Origin: Candidatus Angelobacter sp.
GTDB lineage: Bacteria > Acidobacteriota > Terriglobia > Terriglobales > Acidobacteriaceae
Length of the DNA: 29,441 bases
Reading direction: 5' to 3'
Assembly (NCBI GenBank): GCA_049697035.1
Contig: JBAVUZ010000268.1
Coordinates: 1-29,441, forward strand
Shown: positions 8,374-17,954 of the stretch, piece after piece
How the letters are laid out: each line of letters opens with the position of its first letter
Position numbering within the stretch: the stretch's first letter is position 1
Notes under the pieces: model-generated
Databases searched by the model: none
What the model saw: only the letters and a program-made list of their open reading frames with translations
What the model was told of the DNA's origin: nothing
Translations under genes and position numbers: made by a program

Positions 8374-11058
8374 TTACTTAGGTTGAATGGTTACTGGGAA
8401 CGTCGTGTGCGCAGGATTGAGGACTTTCGCACCCGAAGTATTCGTTCCAGTAGTTGTGAATGAACCGGCCAGAGTCGGCGTGACGCTGTAAGTTACCAGC
8501 ATCGTTGTGCCGCCAGCGAGGCTTGCTGTAGTGCAATCCAGGGTCTGGCCATTGATAGAGCAACCGCCGATGCTGGTGCTCAAGCTGCCAGGAACCAGGT
8601 TGAACGACGGTGGCAGGTTGACTTCGAACGTAACGTTCGGGGCAGTCACATTGCCGGTGTTGTTCTTGGTCTGCCAGGTGAACAGTACATTGGTGCCAAC
8701 TGCCGGTCCCCCGTTGTTGGAGGAGCCGGTCGTCTGGATATCAGCGCTCACAGTGCCCGTGTTGCTGTTGATGCCGGTGGTCGCGCTGGCCGTGTTATTG
8801 GTCAGGCTTGGATCCTGGTTGAGGACGTTACCCAACAGGTCCCTGAGCGTCGCCGTAGCTGAGTTGGTGATGGTTGAGGCGCCAATCGCAACCGTGACTT
8901 TCACAGTCGCGCTGGCTCCTGCAAGCATTCCACCAAGAGTGCAGCTGAACTGCGAGCCGTTAATCGAGCATGCGCCCTGCGTAGTGGTCGACGAAACAAA
9001 GTTCGCCGGCAAGCTGTCCGCCAGGGTCACGTTCGGAGCATCGCCTGGGCCAAGGTTGGAAACGCCGATCGTGTAAGTTACAAACGATCCGGCATTCACC
9101 GAACTTGGACCGCTCATGGTAACGGCGATGTCCTGGATATTTGGAGCAGTCGGTGTAACTGCGTTGGAGGGCAGCGAAGCTGCGCTGTTGCCAGCCGCGT
9201 TCGTTGCAACCACCACGAAGTTATATTGCGATCCGTTCGTCAATCCAGTGAAGTTCACGCCAGTCGCTGGCGCCGCTACGGTCAAGCTGCCGACCGAAGT
9301 TGTGCCGTTGAGCTGCGCCGTGACCGTATAGCTGGTGATTGACAATCCGCCATTGCTGGACGGAGCCGACCACGCTACCTGGGCTGATTTATTGCCAGCC
9401 GTCGCAACCGCACCCACCGGCGCACCGGGAGGCGTGGGAACAAACGCTGTGAATGGAGCGCTGGCGATGGAGAACTGGCTGGTCCCGAACGTGTTCGAGG
9501 CAGCAACCAGGAACTCGACTGCGACTCCTAATGGAAGGTTGGTGATCTGGACTGTAGTGGGAGGAATGCCGTTCTGTGCCGGGCCAACGGTTGTGTCGGG
9601 AATAGCCAACGTGGTGCCGTCGGAAGCGAGCACAGTGCGAACCACATAGCCGCCCACCTGCTGGCCGTTGGGAAGAGGAACCCAGTTCACAATGGCAGAG
9701 CCGACGACAGCGCCTGGAGGTGTGGCGTTGCTTGCTGTCACCGAGTTGGGAACTCCCGGAGGAGCGCCCGCTGGCGGTTGCGGAACGATCTTGTAAATTG
9801 ACGCAGCGCCGTTGATTGCGCCCTGCGTGCAGTCAACACCTGCATAGAACGTTTCATTCGCCAGGTCACTTGTATCAACCGTGCCACCTACAAGGAAGCA
9901 GAACGTGCCGCCAAATTGCGGTGTGATCGCGATGTTGTTTACGTCAGTGACATTGATGATCCTGGCTGCGCCGCTAAGGGTCATAGCATACAGTGAGTTT
10001 CCGGGGAATGTTGTATTCGGGCCGTCATAGGTATAGTCGCTGACGATACCTGCCTGCGGGCCGGGAACAAATGCGCCCAGGATTTCTGTGCCTACCTGCG
10101 GAGGTGTAGGTCCGCAGAGCACGAAGCCATTGGCAGCGGTGTCGCACTGGTCAAAGTTGTCTTTGAACCACGGAGCGATATTGTCCGCGCCATAGAGTGT
10201 GTGGCCGATCCAGGCCAGACCAAAAGTGTGGCCGGCCGCTCCGCCGTTTCCGAATCGAGTATCAGGAGCATAGCCGACGACCGCGATGCTGGCGCAATCC
10301 GCGTCGTTGCTGGGATCGAAAGTCGCGGGATGTGGAATGCGCACGATGGAGCCGTTGCGCATCCAGCCGATGTAGAGATTTCCGTCCGGCCCTAACGCCG
10401 CGGAGGACATCGTAAAAGGAGTCTGACCGGCGCGTGGATCTACCACTACTGGGCAGCCACCAGCGCTGTTTCTTGCCGTGTCATTACCCATCAGGGATTC
10501 AACGTGGATCGGATCGATCGATCCGTGTCCATTGTCGCCGCCGGGTAGATAATGCATGCGGATGACGCCGTTCGCTGTGCGTGGAATGTCTGCCGCATAA
10601 ATGGTGTTAGTGGTGGCGTCAAACGTGGCCTGCATTGGGGCGAAAGCGCCGGCCTGAATGGCGCCCACGCAAGTGGTGATGATGTTGTTGAACCGCCCGA
10701 TACCCGGAGCGGGTTGCGTGAGGTTCGGATCGTCAATTTCAGGATCGATACGGCAGAAGCCGTTGCTGGCGTCACCGTACCACAGGTGGCGTTCCGGCTG
10801 GCCGGTGAACTGACTGATGGCAGTGCCTGGCAGGATCACGCCCGCGGCCGGGAACGTCAATGAGGACAGGCCAAATTGCACGTAGTCCTGGGTTCCGGCC
10901 CACAGTGTGGTGGTGGTGGGCACGTTCAGTTGCGTTACATTCTGCGCATTCGCGGTCATGGCGAACGCAAGGATGAGGGTGACACACAGCAAACCAAGGC
11001 AAAGTGACAGCTTGCGGGCTTTAGGCTGCGGAGACTGTGTCTTTGTAATGTTTCTCAT
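8374..11058 (-). CDS. Secreted/surface protein: signal peptide, Cys-containing propeller-like domain, 2x FN3, 2x DUF11-like (paralogue 2)
   Basis: 894 aa. Signal ends MTANAQ. RHLWYGD...CRIDPEID motif shared with the paralogues. FN3 (PGAPVGAVATAGNKSAQVAWSAP, GLTNGSQYNFVVVATN). DUF11-like (DIAVTMSGP...VSNLGP...CTLGGM). Confidence 0.92.
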   Translation of the reverse strand: MRNITKTQSPQPKARKLSLCLGLLCVTLILAFAMTANAQNVTQLNVPTTTTLWAGTQDYVQFGLSSLTFPAAGVILPGTAISQFTGQPERHLWYGDASNGFCRIDPEIDDPNLTQPAPGIGRFNNIITTCVGAIQAGAFAPMQATFDATTNTIYAADIPRTANGVIRMHYLPGGDNGHGSIDPIHVESLMGNDTARNSAGGCPVVVDPRAGQTPFTMSSAALGPDGNLYIGWMRNGSIVRIPHPATFDPSNDADCASIAVVGYAPDTRFGNGGAAGHTFGLAWIGHTLYGADNIAPWFKDNFDQCDTAANGFVLCGPTPPQVGTEILGAFVPGPQAGIVSDYTYDGPNTTFPGNSLYAMTLSGAARIINVTDVNNIAITPQFGGTFCFLVGGTVDTSDLANETFYAGVDCTQGAINGAASIYKIVPQPPAGAPPGVPNSVTASNATPPGAVVGSAIVNWVPLPNGQQVGGYVVRTVLASDGTTLAIPDTTVGPAQNGIPPTTVQITNLPLGVAVEFLVAASNTFGTSQFSIASAPFTAFVPTPPGAPVGAVATAGNKSAQVAWSAPSSNGGLSITSYTVTAQLNGTTSVGSLTVAAPATGVNFTGLTNGSQYNFVVVATNAAGNSAASLPSNAVTPTAPNIQDIAVTMSGPSSVNAGSFVTYTIGVSNLGPGDAPNVTLADSLPANFVSSTTTQGACSINGSQFSCTLGGMLAGASATVKVTVAIGASTITNSATATLRDLLGNVLNQDPSLTNNTASATTGINSNTGTVSADIQTTGSSNNGGPAVGTNVLFTWQTKNNTGNVTAPNVTFEVNLPPSFNLVPGSLSTSIGGCSINGQTLDCTTASLAGGTTMLVTYSVTPTLAGSFTTTGTNTSGAKVLNPAHTTFPVTIQPK

Positions 11059-11508
11059 AGATATCCGTCTTTCCCGTCCGGAAGCGCTGAGCTTCTCGAA
11101 ACGATTGCAATGGAGTCAGCTGCGCGTGCCGCCTCGTGGCCTAGCATCCGCGTATGCCTTCTCATGGGCGTTCTCGGGGCGCATAGTTGCGAACAGGGCG
11201 CAACCACGTGCCAGTTTTGTTTGCAACAAAGGAAAGAAAGACGGGGGTCAGAGAACGTAAATCAGAGCATGGACCGCTGCCAGCCTAACCTTTGTGGTGC
11301 TGAGTTATCGTTAGAGACTGGAGTTGGGTAAATAGACGAGAGCAGCCCAACGCCAACCTCGCGTTCAGCTACCAACTAGCGCCGTGCCCGATTTACCGTC
11401 GATGTGGTAGGACCTTACTTGAAACCATCCAGCGCAGCAGCCCGCAAAATCAACCACTGTTCCGGAGACGCGAATCATACGTGCAAATGTTTACTCGCGC
11501 AATATGAA

Positions 11509-11560
11509 AATGGACTTTGCCAATTAAAGGCACATTAAGCCCACATTAAAAATTCTAATG
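11509..11560 (-). promoter_or_regulatory. ATTAA-repeat operator-like box, copy C (divergent region between paralogue 2 and the foldase)
   Basis: attaa at 11523, 11534 and 11545, tctaa at 11554; acattaaaaattctaatg is identical to 15821-15838. Confidence 0.65.
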
Positions 11561-11740
11561 TTCGATTTAGGGATTTCGCCCTCTTTCCCCGGAGAACGCC
11601 AATGATTTCTAGTGGTTCGGCCCATTTGACTGCGTTTTTCCGCGCACACTGGAACATTTGTTCTGGCGAGTCTGGATCATGACCTATGGTACGATGGCGA
11701 AAAATTCATTAGCCCTTTTGCGCGGAAAAGAGCCGAACTT

Positions 11741-12838
11741 ATGTCTTGCTTACTTCTCTCTGCATTGCTGATAGCTTCAGCGCCCATGCAGACACCATCT
11801 GCAACCGCAACAAAACCGCCGTCTGCGACGGCAAAAGCTGCGGCTGTCTCCACAACAGTAAAAGCACAGAGCCCTGCGGCGGCAAAGAATGCCAAACCTG
11901 CTGTTCTGGCTGCTTCTGATGCTGTCATCACGATTCATGGACTGTGTCCCGTCAGCCAAGCCGGACAGAATGCCGAGTCGTGCACCACAGTGGTCACCAG
12001 GAAACAATTCGATGCCCTGGTGGATGCATTGAGCGCCCTTGGTCCGCCTTTGCTACCGGTGCAGCGCCGCGGCGTGGCTGAAGCTTACGCAACGACCTTG
12101 CGCAACTATGAAGCAGCTAAGAAAGCCGGCATCGAAAAAGATCCACGCTACGCTGAAGTCATGCGCATCGCGCAGATGCGCGCCATGGGCGACATGTACA
12201 ACGCCATGATGCAGGAAAAGATCAAGAAAGTTTCTCCCCAGGAAATTGAGGATTACTACAAGGCAAACCTGCCCAGATTTGAAGAACTGACCCTGAGTCG
12301 CGTAACTGTTCCCCGCCGCAACATGGCCAATCTGAAAGATGAAGAGTTCGAGGCCAAGGCGCGGAAGATTGCCGGTGAAATGCATGATCGAGCGGCCAGA
12401 GGCGAGGACCTGGATACGATTCAAAAAGAATCATTCAGCGCATTGGGCGTCAAAGATCCGCCTTCAACACATATGGCTGTGGTGCGGCGCGGGATCTATG
12501 CACCGGACCAGGAAAAGGAGATCTTTGATCTGAAACCGGGCGAGGTTACGCGCGTTTTTGAGCAACCTTCAGCTTTCATCGTTTTCAAACTGGAAGGGCG
12601 TGAGACGCCGTCACTGGAGAAATCGAAGGATGAGATCGTACGGATTCTGGTGCAGCAGCACCAGGAAAATCTGGAACAGGCCCGCGATAAATCCGTGCAG
12701 GTCGATTACAACGAACAATACCTGGGACCGGCCCAAACTTCTGCGTTTATGCCCCCCGGCCAATCGAACGCTGCTCCCGGCCACAATCAGCCGGGAAGCA
12801 CTTCCAATCCTTCAACTAAAGCTGCTTCGCCTAAATAG
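11741..12838 (+). CDS. SurA/PrsA-like exported peptidyl-prolyl isomerase/chaperone (PpiC/parvulin-like domain)
   Basis: Hydrophobic N-terminus and Ala/Pro-rich linker; helical chaperone region (AAKKAGIEKDP, VSPQEIEDYYKANLPRFEE); parvulin-like C-terminal part (RAARGEDLDTI...IFDLKPGEVT...FIVFKL). Exact start uncertain. Confidence 0.8.
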   Translation: MSCLLLSALLIASAPMQTPSATATKPPSATAKAAAVSTTVKAQSPAAAKNAKPAVLAASDAVITIHGLCPVSQAGQNAESCTTVVTRKQFDALVDALSALGPPLLPVQRRGVAEAYATTLRNYEAAKKAGIEKDPRYAEVMRIAQMRAMGDMYNAMMQEKIKKVSPQEIEDYYKANLPRFEELTLSRVTVPRRNMANLKDEEFEAKARKIAGEMHDRAARGEDLDTIQKESFSALGVKDPPSTHMAVVRRGIYAPDQEKEIFDLKPGEVTRVFEQPSAFIVFKLEGRETPSLEKSKDEIVRILVQQHQENLEQARDKSVQVDYNEQYLGPAQTSAFMPPGQSNAAPGHNQPGSTSNPSTKAASPK

Positions 12839-12857
12839 AGCGCATCTGCTTCAAACA

Positions 12858-12892
12858 AAAACAGCCGGGAAGATGTTCTTCCCGGCTGTTTT
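12858..12892. terminator. Bidirectional intrinsic terminator between convergent genes
   Basis: aaaacagccgggaaga / tcttcccggctgtttt, with T tracts on both strands. Confidence 0.85.
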
Positions 12893-12902
12893 GCTGCTTG
12901 CC

Positions 12903-15398
12903 TTACTTTGCGTTGATGGTTACGGTGAACGTGTTGTTGGCTGTGTTGGTGTCGGTCCCGTTAAATGACGCATGGCCCGTTGAACTGAACGAACCAGTGT
13001 CCGGCACGCTGAAGTTTATCGTCACAATCATGGTTTGCCCCGCGGAAATCGTGTCCGCATTGCAAGTGATCGTTCCTCCGCTGCCAACTGGAAGCGCTGT
13101 GCACAAGCCAGTAGAGGTAGAGAGTGAACTGAAAGGCAGTCCCGCGGGCAATGACGCTGTGAAAACAACGGAGTTGGCCGGGGCGTTTTGCGCGTTCTTG
13201 ATCTGCCAGGTAATTGTGTCAGTCGTTGTAGGACCACTTGTCGGGCCTCCGTTCAGGGGCGATCCCGTCACTTGAAGGTCCGTCGTTGTTGGTGGCGCCG
13301 CAATCGACGTGCTGAAGTTTGCCGTGTTATTTATTGGCGAAGGATCAGTCAGCGGGTTTCCTGACGCGTCATTCGCGCTCACTGTGGCCGTGTTGGTAAT
13401 GGCCGAAGTTACATTCAGGACGACTGTCAGCGTGGCGCCGCTGCCGGCTACCATTGGACCCATGTTGCATTGGAATTGCGATCCCAGCAGAGCACAAGCT
13501 CCCTGGCTCGGCGTGCCGGAAGCAAACGTTGCGCCTACGGGGATGAAATCATTCACAGTAACCTGCGGAGCGAAATTCGGTCCCAGATTGCTGATCGTGA
13601 TTGAGTACGTGGCGTTGCCGCCGGAATTGATGCTGGTTGGTCCGGTCATGCCGATAGCCATGTCAGTCGAGCCCAGAGTACGCGTTGGAGTCACCGCATT
13701 GCTTGGAGCCGATTCAGGCCCCGATCCCTTGACGTTGGTTGCGTGAACGGTAAACGTATAAGTCGTTCCGTTCGTCAAACCGCTAACGACGGCCGATGTG
13801 GTGGTGCCGTTGGAAGTAGTGACTGAAATTGCCGTTGGCACGCCGTTGATCCGCGCGGTCACGGTGTAGCTGTTGATCGTCGCATTGCCAGTATTGGTGG
13901 GAGGCACCCAGGCCACTGTGGCCTGAGAATCCGCCGCCTGCGCTGCGACTCCCGTAGGAGCGCCCGGAACGGTGATGGCCAGAGGAACGACGGAATTACT
14001 GGGCGCAGAAAATGAACTCGTGCCCTGCGCGTTGGTAGCCGAAACTTCGAACTGATACGTAACTCCGTTGATCAATCCTGAGACGGTAGCCGTCGCGGTT
14101 TGAGTAGAACCTCCGTTATTAGGAACAGTAAAGTCCGGCACCGGATGCCCGTTGGAGGCCAAAGAATTGTGTATTGTGAATGTCGTCGCGGGGCTGCCGC
14201 CGGCGTTGAGCCATACAAGGAATGCCTGGGTGTCTCCGCTCGAAGCTGTAACTCCAACCGGCGTTCCAGGAACCGAAGGTGGCGGTGGCGTGGTTGAAAC
14301 CGCGTAATAACGTCCTCCGCCCGCGACACCCGCTTCCTGGCCGGGATCATCGCCAACGTAAATCACCGGGCCGTTTGCTGACGCATCAAACGCCAGTGCA
14401 ATCAGGAACAGGAAATTTGCCGCCCAGTTATTGTCAATCGATATCTGTCCGGTCGCACTCGTCAATCCAGAAAGTTTGACGATGGCATTTTGCGTTTCCG
14501 CGATGTACAGGCTATCGCCGTTGACAGCCGGATAAGCCTGATCGCTGGTCAGTGCAAAGACGCCGGGAATCAGGGTCTTCAACCTCGTTGTGCCCTTGCA
14601 CGGAGTGAAGTTGTTCGCCGGTGAAAAGCACTGGTCAGCGTTGGGAATATTAAAGAGCCCTCGAATGTCTGCGCCCCAAATGTCATGCCCGACAAAAGAG
14701 ATCGCCAGTCCTCTGCGCGCATCCGGCGTCGATCCCATCACCTGGATGTTGGAACAGGGAACCACATCGCTTTGCGGCGCAATCACCCGCACCAGATTGC
14801 CGGAGGTCTTGAAGGTTACGTAAAGGTCTGCATCTGGGCCCAGAGCCAAGGCCCAGGGAAAGCTGCCACTTAATCCGCAGCCATTGGCGTCGCCAAGAAA
14901 TTCCGCAGTGGCGCTGACCAGGCCCTGGCCGGCGTCGCCATCCGGCAGGAAATGGTAGCGGGCCACATTGGCCGCATTGCCGTCATTCACGGCGTAGATC
15001 GTGTTCGTCAAAGGGTCATACGCCAAACGTCCTGGAGCGAATGCCACCCCCGCCACCGTAGTAATGCAAGTGGCTGTATTGACTGTGAGCGGAGCGCCGG
15101 TATCAAGATCGGGATCGAGACGGCAGAGACCGCCGGTATCGCCCGTCCAGAGATGCCGGAAAGGCAGGCCTGTGGCTGGATTAATCGCCGATCCGTTCAG
15201 TACCTGTGCTCCATAGGGGAGCGTAAACCCGGTAGCCAGAAGCGTGTTGGAGGCCGTAGTGGTTTGCGCGAATGCGCTCACGAATCCTGCAAAAACGAAC
15301 AGAGCTGTTAAAGCGCAGCTCAGGGAAAACTTTCGCATGGTGCCACAATCGTTCGGGCTTCTCCGTGTTGGTGTAGTGGTCTGCTTCAAACTTCTCAT
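12903..15398 (-). CDS. Secreted/surface protein: signal peptide, Cys-containing propeller-like domain, 2x FN3, 2x DUF11-like (paralogue 3)
   Basis: Start at MRSLKQ (15398) inferred from similarity to the paralogue-2 N-terminus and the shared pre-start motif. Signal ends VSAFAQ. RHLWTGD...CRLDPDLD motif; FN3 and DUF11-like motifs as in the paralogues. Confidence 0.9.
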   Translation of the reverse strand: MRSLKQTTTPTRRSPNDCGTMRKFSLSCALTALFVFAGFVSAFAQTTTASNTLLATGFTLPYGAQVLNGSAINPATGLPFRHLWTGDTGGLCRLDPDLDTGAPLTVNTATCITTVAGVAFAPGRLAYDPLTNTIYAVNDGNAANVARYHFLPDGDAGQGLVSATAEFLGDANGCGLSGSFPWALALGPDADLYVTFKTSGNLVRVIAPQSDVVPCSNIQVMGSTPDARRGLAISFVGHDIWGADIRGLFNIPNADQCFSPANNFTPCKGTTRLKTLIPGVFALTSDQAYPAVNGDSLYIAETQNAIVKLSGLTSATGQISIDNNWAANFLFLIALAFDASANGPVIYVGDDPGQEAGVAGGGRYYAVSTTPPPPSVPGTPVGVTASSGDTQAFLVWLNAGGSPATTFTIHNSLASNGHPVPDFTVPNNGGSTQTATATVSGLINGVTYQFEVSATNAQGTSSFSAPSNSVVPLAITVPGAPTGVAAQAADSQATVAWVPPTNTGNATINSYTVTARINGVPTAISVTTSNGTTTSAVVSGLTNGTTYTFTVHATNVKGSGPESAPSNAVTPTRTLGSTDMAIGMTGPTSINSGGNATYSITISNLGPNFAPQVTVNDFIPVGATFASGTPSQGACALLGSQFQCNMGPMVAGSGATLTVVLNVTSAITNTATVSANDASGNPLTDPSPINNTANFSTSIAAPPTTTDLQVTGSPLNGGPTSGPTTTDTITWQIKNAQNAPANSVVFTASLPAGLPFSSLSTSTGLCTALPVGSGGTITCNADTISAGQTMIVTINFSVPDTGSFSSTGHASFNGTDTNTANNTFTVTINAK

Positions 15399-15810
15399 GG
15401 GCGTGCCTTGGCATGCCTTTCCCCCGGAAGCGCTGCTAGTACGGCGGATCATTAAGAGTTTGTTTCCTCATGTAAGCGAAAAGCATTGCCGATTCGGTCA
15501 ATTCTGTTGAAGGCGTTTCATCTCGAACGCCGATTGATCCGACGGCAACCATGGGCAAACGAAGTACGCCGTTCAACGAATTGACCATGAGGTCTCATTG
15601 AGTGTGTACTGACGTAATTAATCTTCGTCGCTTGAGTTGCTAACGCTTATTGAGGATGGCACCCAGAGAAATCCCCTGGAGCCAATAAGCGCGGTTGGTC
15701 CCGAGGCACCCGCGGGTTATGGGCGTGTTTTTAAAGTTTCAGGATGCCTCAAAGCAAAAATCAAGCATCCGGCCTGCAACGAGCATGAGACCGGAATAAT
15801 ACAAGAAACT

Positions 15811-15838
15811 CATTAAAAATACATTAAAAATTCTAATG
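15811..15838 (-). promoter_or_regulatory. ATTAA-repeat operator-like box, copy D
   Basis: attaa 15812, attaa 15823, tctaa 15832; about 410 bp upstream of the paralogue-3 start. Confidence 0.6.
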
Positions 15839-16040
15839 ATGGCCGAGCCGCTCCGCAAAGCGCTTTCACCCGTCATAGAAATTTGCGGTGGATTGACGCC
15901 GAATCGACGCTGGTCTCATTGCCGAATAAAAAAGTCGAGCACCGAAACCTGGCGTTTCGCTGATGTGCAGTGGCCCAGCCGGCTACCAGTGCCCGTGGAG
16001 TGGAAAATTCAAGCTGATGGAGAATACATCAGCTTGACCT

Positions 16041-17744
16041 TCAGTCTCCTTCGCCGAACGTCTTGCGATCGACAAATGCCCGGAGCCTGCGTGAGCGTGA
16101 AGGGTGACGCAGCTTGCGCAACGCCTTTACTTCTATCTGGCGGATACGTTCGCGCGTTACTTGAAAGTTCTGACCCACTTCTTCCAGCGTATGCTCAGAC
16201 CCATCTTCCAGGCCAAAGCGCATCTTGATGATGCGTTCTTCCCGTGGGTTGAGTGTGCGCAGTACGCTGGCAGTCTGCTCTTTCAGGTTCACGCGGATCA
16301 TGGCTTCAGCCGGAGAAACGCCCGTCGTGTCCTGAATGAAATCGCCCAGGCGCGAATCTTCTTCTTCGCCCACGCGGCTCTCAAGGGAAATGGGCTGCTG
16401 CGCGATCTTCAGCACTTTGCGCACGCTCGATACCGGAATATCCATGCGTTGCGCAACTTCTTCTGACGTTGGTTCACGGCCAAGTTCCTGCACCAGCTGT
16501 CGCGAAGCGCGAAGCAGCTTGTTAATGTTCTCGATCATGTGGACCGGAACGCGAATGGTGCGGGCCTGATCTGAAATCGCCCGAGTTACAGCCTGGCGAA
16601 TCCACCACGTTGCGTACGTCGAAAATTTATATCCACGACGATACTCAAACTTATCCACCGCCTTCATCAGGCCCATGTTGCCTTCCTGGATCAAATCCAG
16701 AAATTGCAGGCCGCGGTTGGTATATTTCTTGGCAATTGAGACGACCAGGCGCAGGTTTGCTTCTACCAGTTCGCGCTTGGCGTATTCCGCGTCCACGTTA
16801 CCCTGCGTGATTTCCCGTTGCGTGCGGCAGAGTTCTTTGTAATTGACGCCGGCTTCCTGCTCCAGCTGTTTCAAGTCAGAAAGGCAGCTTTTCTGCTGCC
16901 GCTTGTACTCAGCGCGATGTTCCTCATTGCGCGTACCGTCAATTTTCTTTTCCAGCCGCTGCGCCTGGCGGTCCAGTGAACGCATGGTGTCCGTGGTGGT
17001 CGTAACGCGATCTATCAGCCGTTTTCTTTCCTGCGGAGTGTACTTGAAGCTGCGTATGACCTGCGAGACCGCAACCCTTTCCCGCCCCAGCTTCCACTGG
17101 CAGCGGCGATACGGTTTGGGATTTTGCTTGCGGCTGATGCCGGCAAGTTTGTCCTCCAGCTTCTGTGCCTTGTTGTAATGTTCCACCATCTTCTGGATCT
17201 CGTCGATGGTGACCTGCGTCCGCGCGGAAAGAATATCGTCAGTAACGTCTTCTTCATTGAAGACCACTACCTCTTTAATGGAACGCGCGCCCGATTCAAG
17301 GTCCTCGCCAAGGGTCTTGATTTCGCGAATGACAATGGGACAACGCGAAATGGCCTTGAGCACCCTGACATGTCCGCGTTCAAATCGCTTGGCGATCTCG
17401 ATTTCTCCCTGGCGCGTAAGCAGAGGCACGGTGCCCATTTCACGCAGGTAGAGCCGTACGGGATCGCTGGTTTTATCCAGCACGCTGGGAGCAGCGCTGG
17501 TATCTAATTCTTCCTGGTCGTCCAGTCCAAAGCCGGTCTTTCTGCGGCGCTGTGAAGGCAGTTCACCTTCCGTCAGATCAATGCCTTCGGTATCCAGCGT
17601 CATTACCAGGTCATCAATGTCATCCGCGGAAGACACCTCCGCGCCAATAAAGCTGCTGGCTTCATTTGGAGTGAGGTATTCTTTGTCCTCGTCTTCAGGA
17701 TCTACTTGCTTCCAATCAGGGTCGAATTTATCGTGGGTGGCCAA
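16041..17744 (-). CDS. rpoD: RNA polymerase sigma-70 factor, group 1 (RpoD-type)
   Basis: Region 1.2 [11 protein letters not shown]; region 2 [13 protein letters not shown]...DLIQEGN...[13 protein letters not shown]; region 4 TLEEVG...TRERIRQIE. Probable TTG start at 17744 after gagagg. May be a secondary copy. Confidence 0.93.
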   Translation of the reverse strand: MATHDKFDPDWKQVDPEDEDKEYLTPNEASSFIGAEVSSADDIDDLVMTLDTEGIDLTEGELPSQRRRKTGFGLDDQEELDTSAAPSVLDKTSDPVRLYLREMGTVPLLTRQGEIEIAKRFERGHVRVLKAISRCPIVIREIKTLGEDLESGARSIKEVVVFNEEDVTDDILSARTQVTIDEIQKMVEHYNKAQKLEDKLAGISRKQNPKPYRRCQWKLGRERVAVSQVIRSFKYTPQERKRLIDRVTTTTDTMRSLDRQAQRLEKKIDGTRNEEHRAEYKRQQKSCLSDLKQLEQEAGVNYKELCRTQREITQGNVDAEYAKRELVEANLRLVVSIAKKYTNRGLQFLDLIQEGNMGLMKAVDKFEYRRGYKFSTYATWWIRQAVTRAISDQARTIRVPVHMIENINKLLRASRQLVQELGREPTSEEVAQRMDIPVSSVRKVLKIAQQPISLESRVGEEEDSRLGDFIQDTTGVSPAEAMIRVNLKEQTASVLRTLNPREERIIKMRFGLEDGSEHTLEEVGQNFQVTRERIRQIEVKALRKLRHPSRSRRLRAFVDRKTFGEGD

Positions 17745-17954
17745 CAGTGATTTACCTCTCGCATTGCGCGCGAGCAAAGATTACGGGCGGGACCGTGTAA
17801 ATTGGCGATTGTTGGCCACATTTACGCGATCCCATCCAAAAATGGTTTAACCGCCATAGGACATTACTCGGCAGCGGGTCACGGTTTCGTGCTCGGTTCA
17901 ACGCAGTTACTCAGGGGCGATGACCGCCCTGGGATTGTTTTCAGAATTCTGATA

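Noticed and set aside
8507..15510. Long plus-strand ORFs antisense to the surface-protein genes
   Set aside because: Shadow frames expected from codon bias in Thr/Ala/Val-rich, GC-rich genes.
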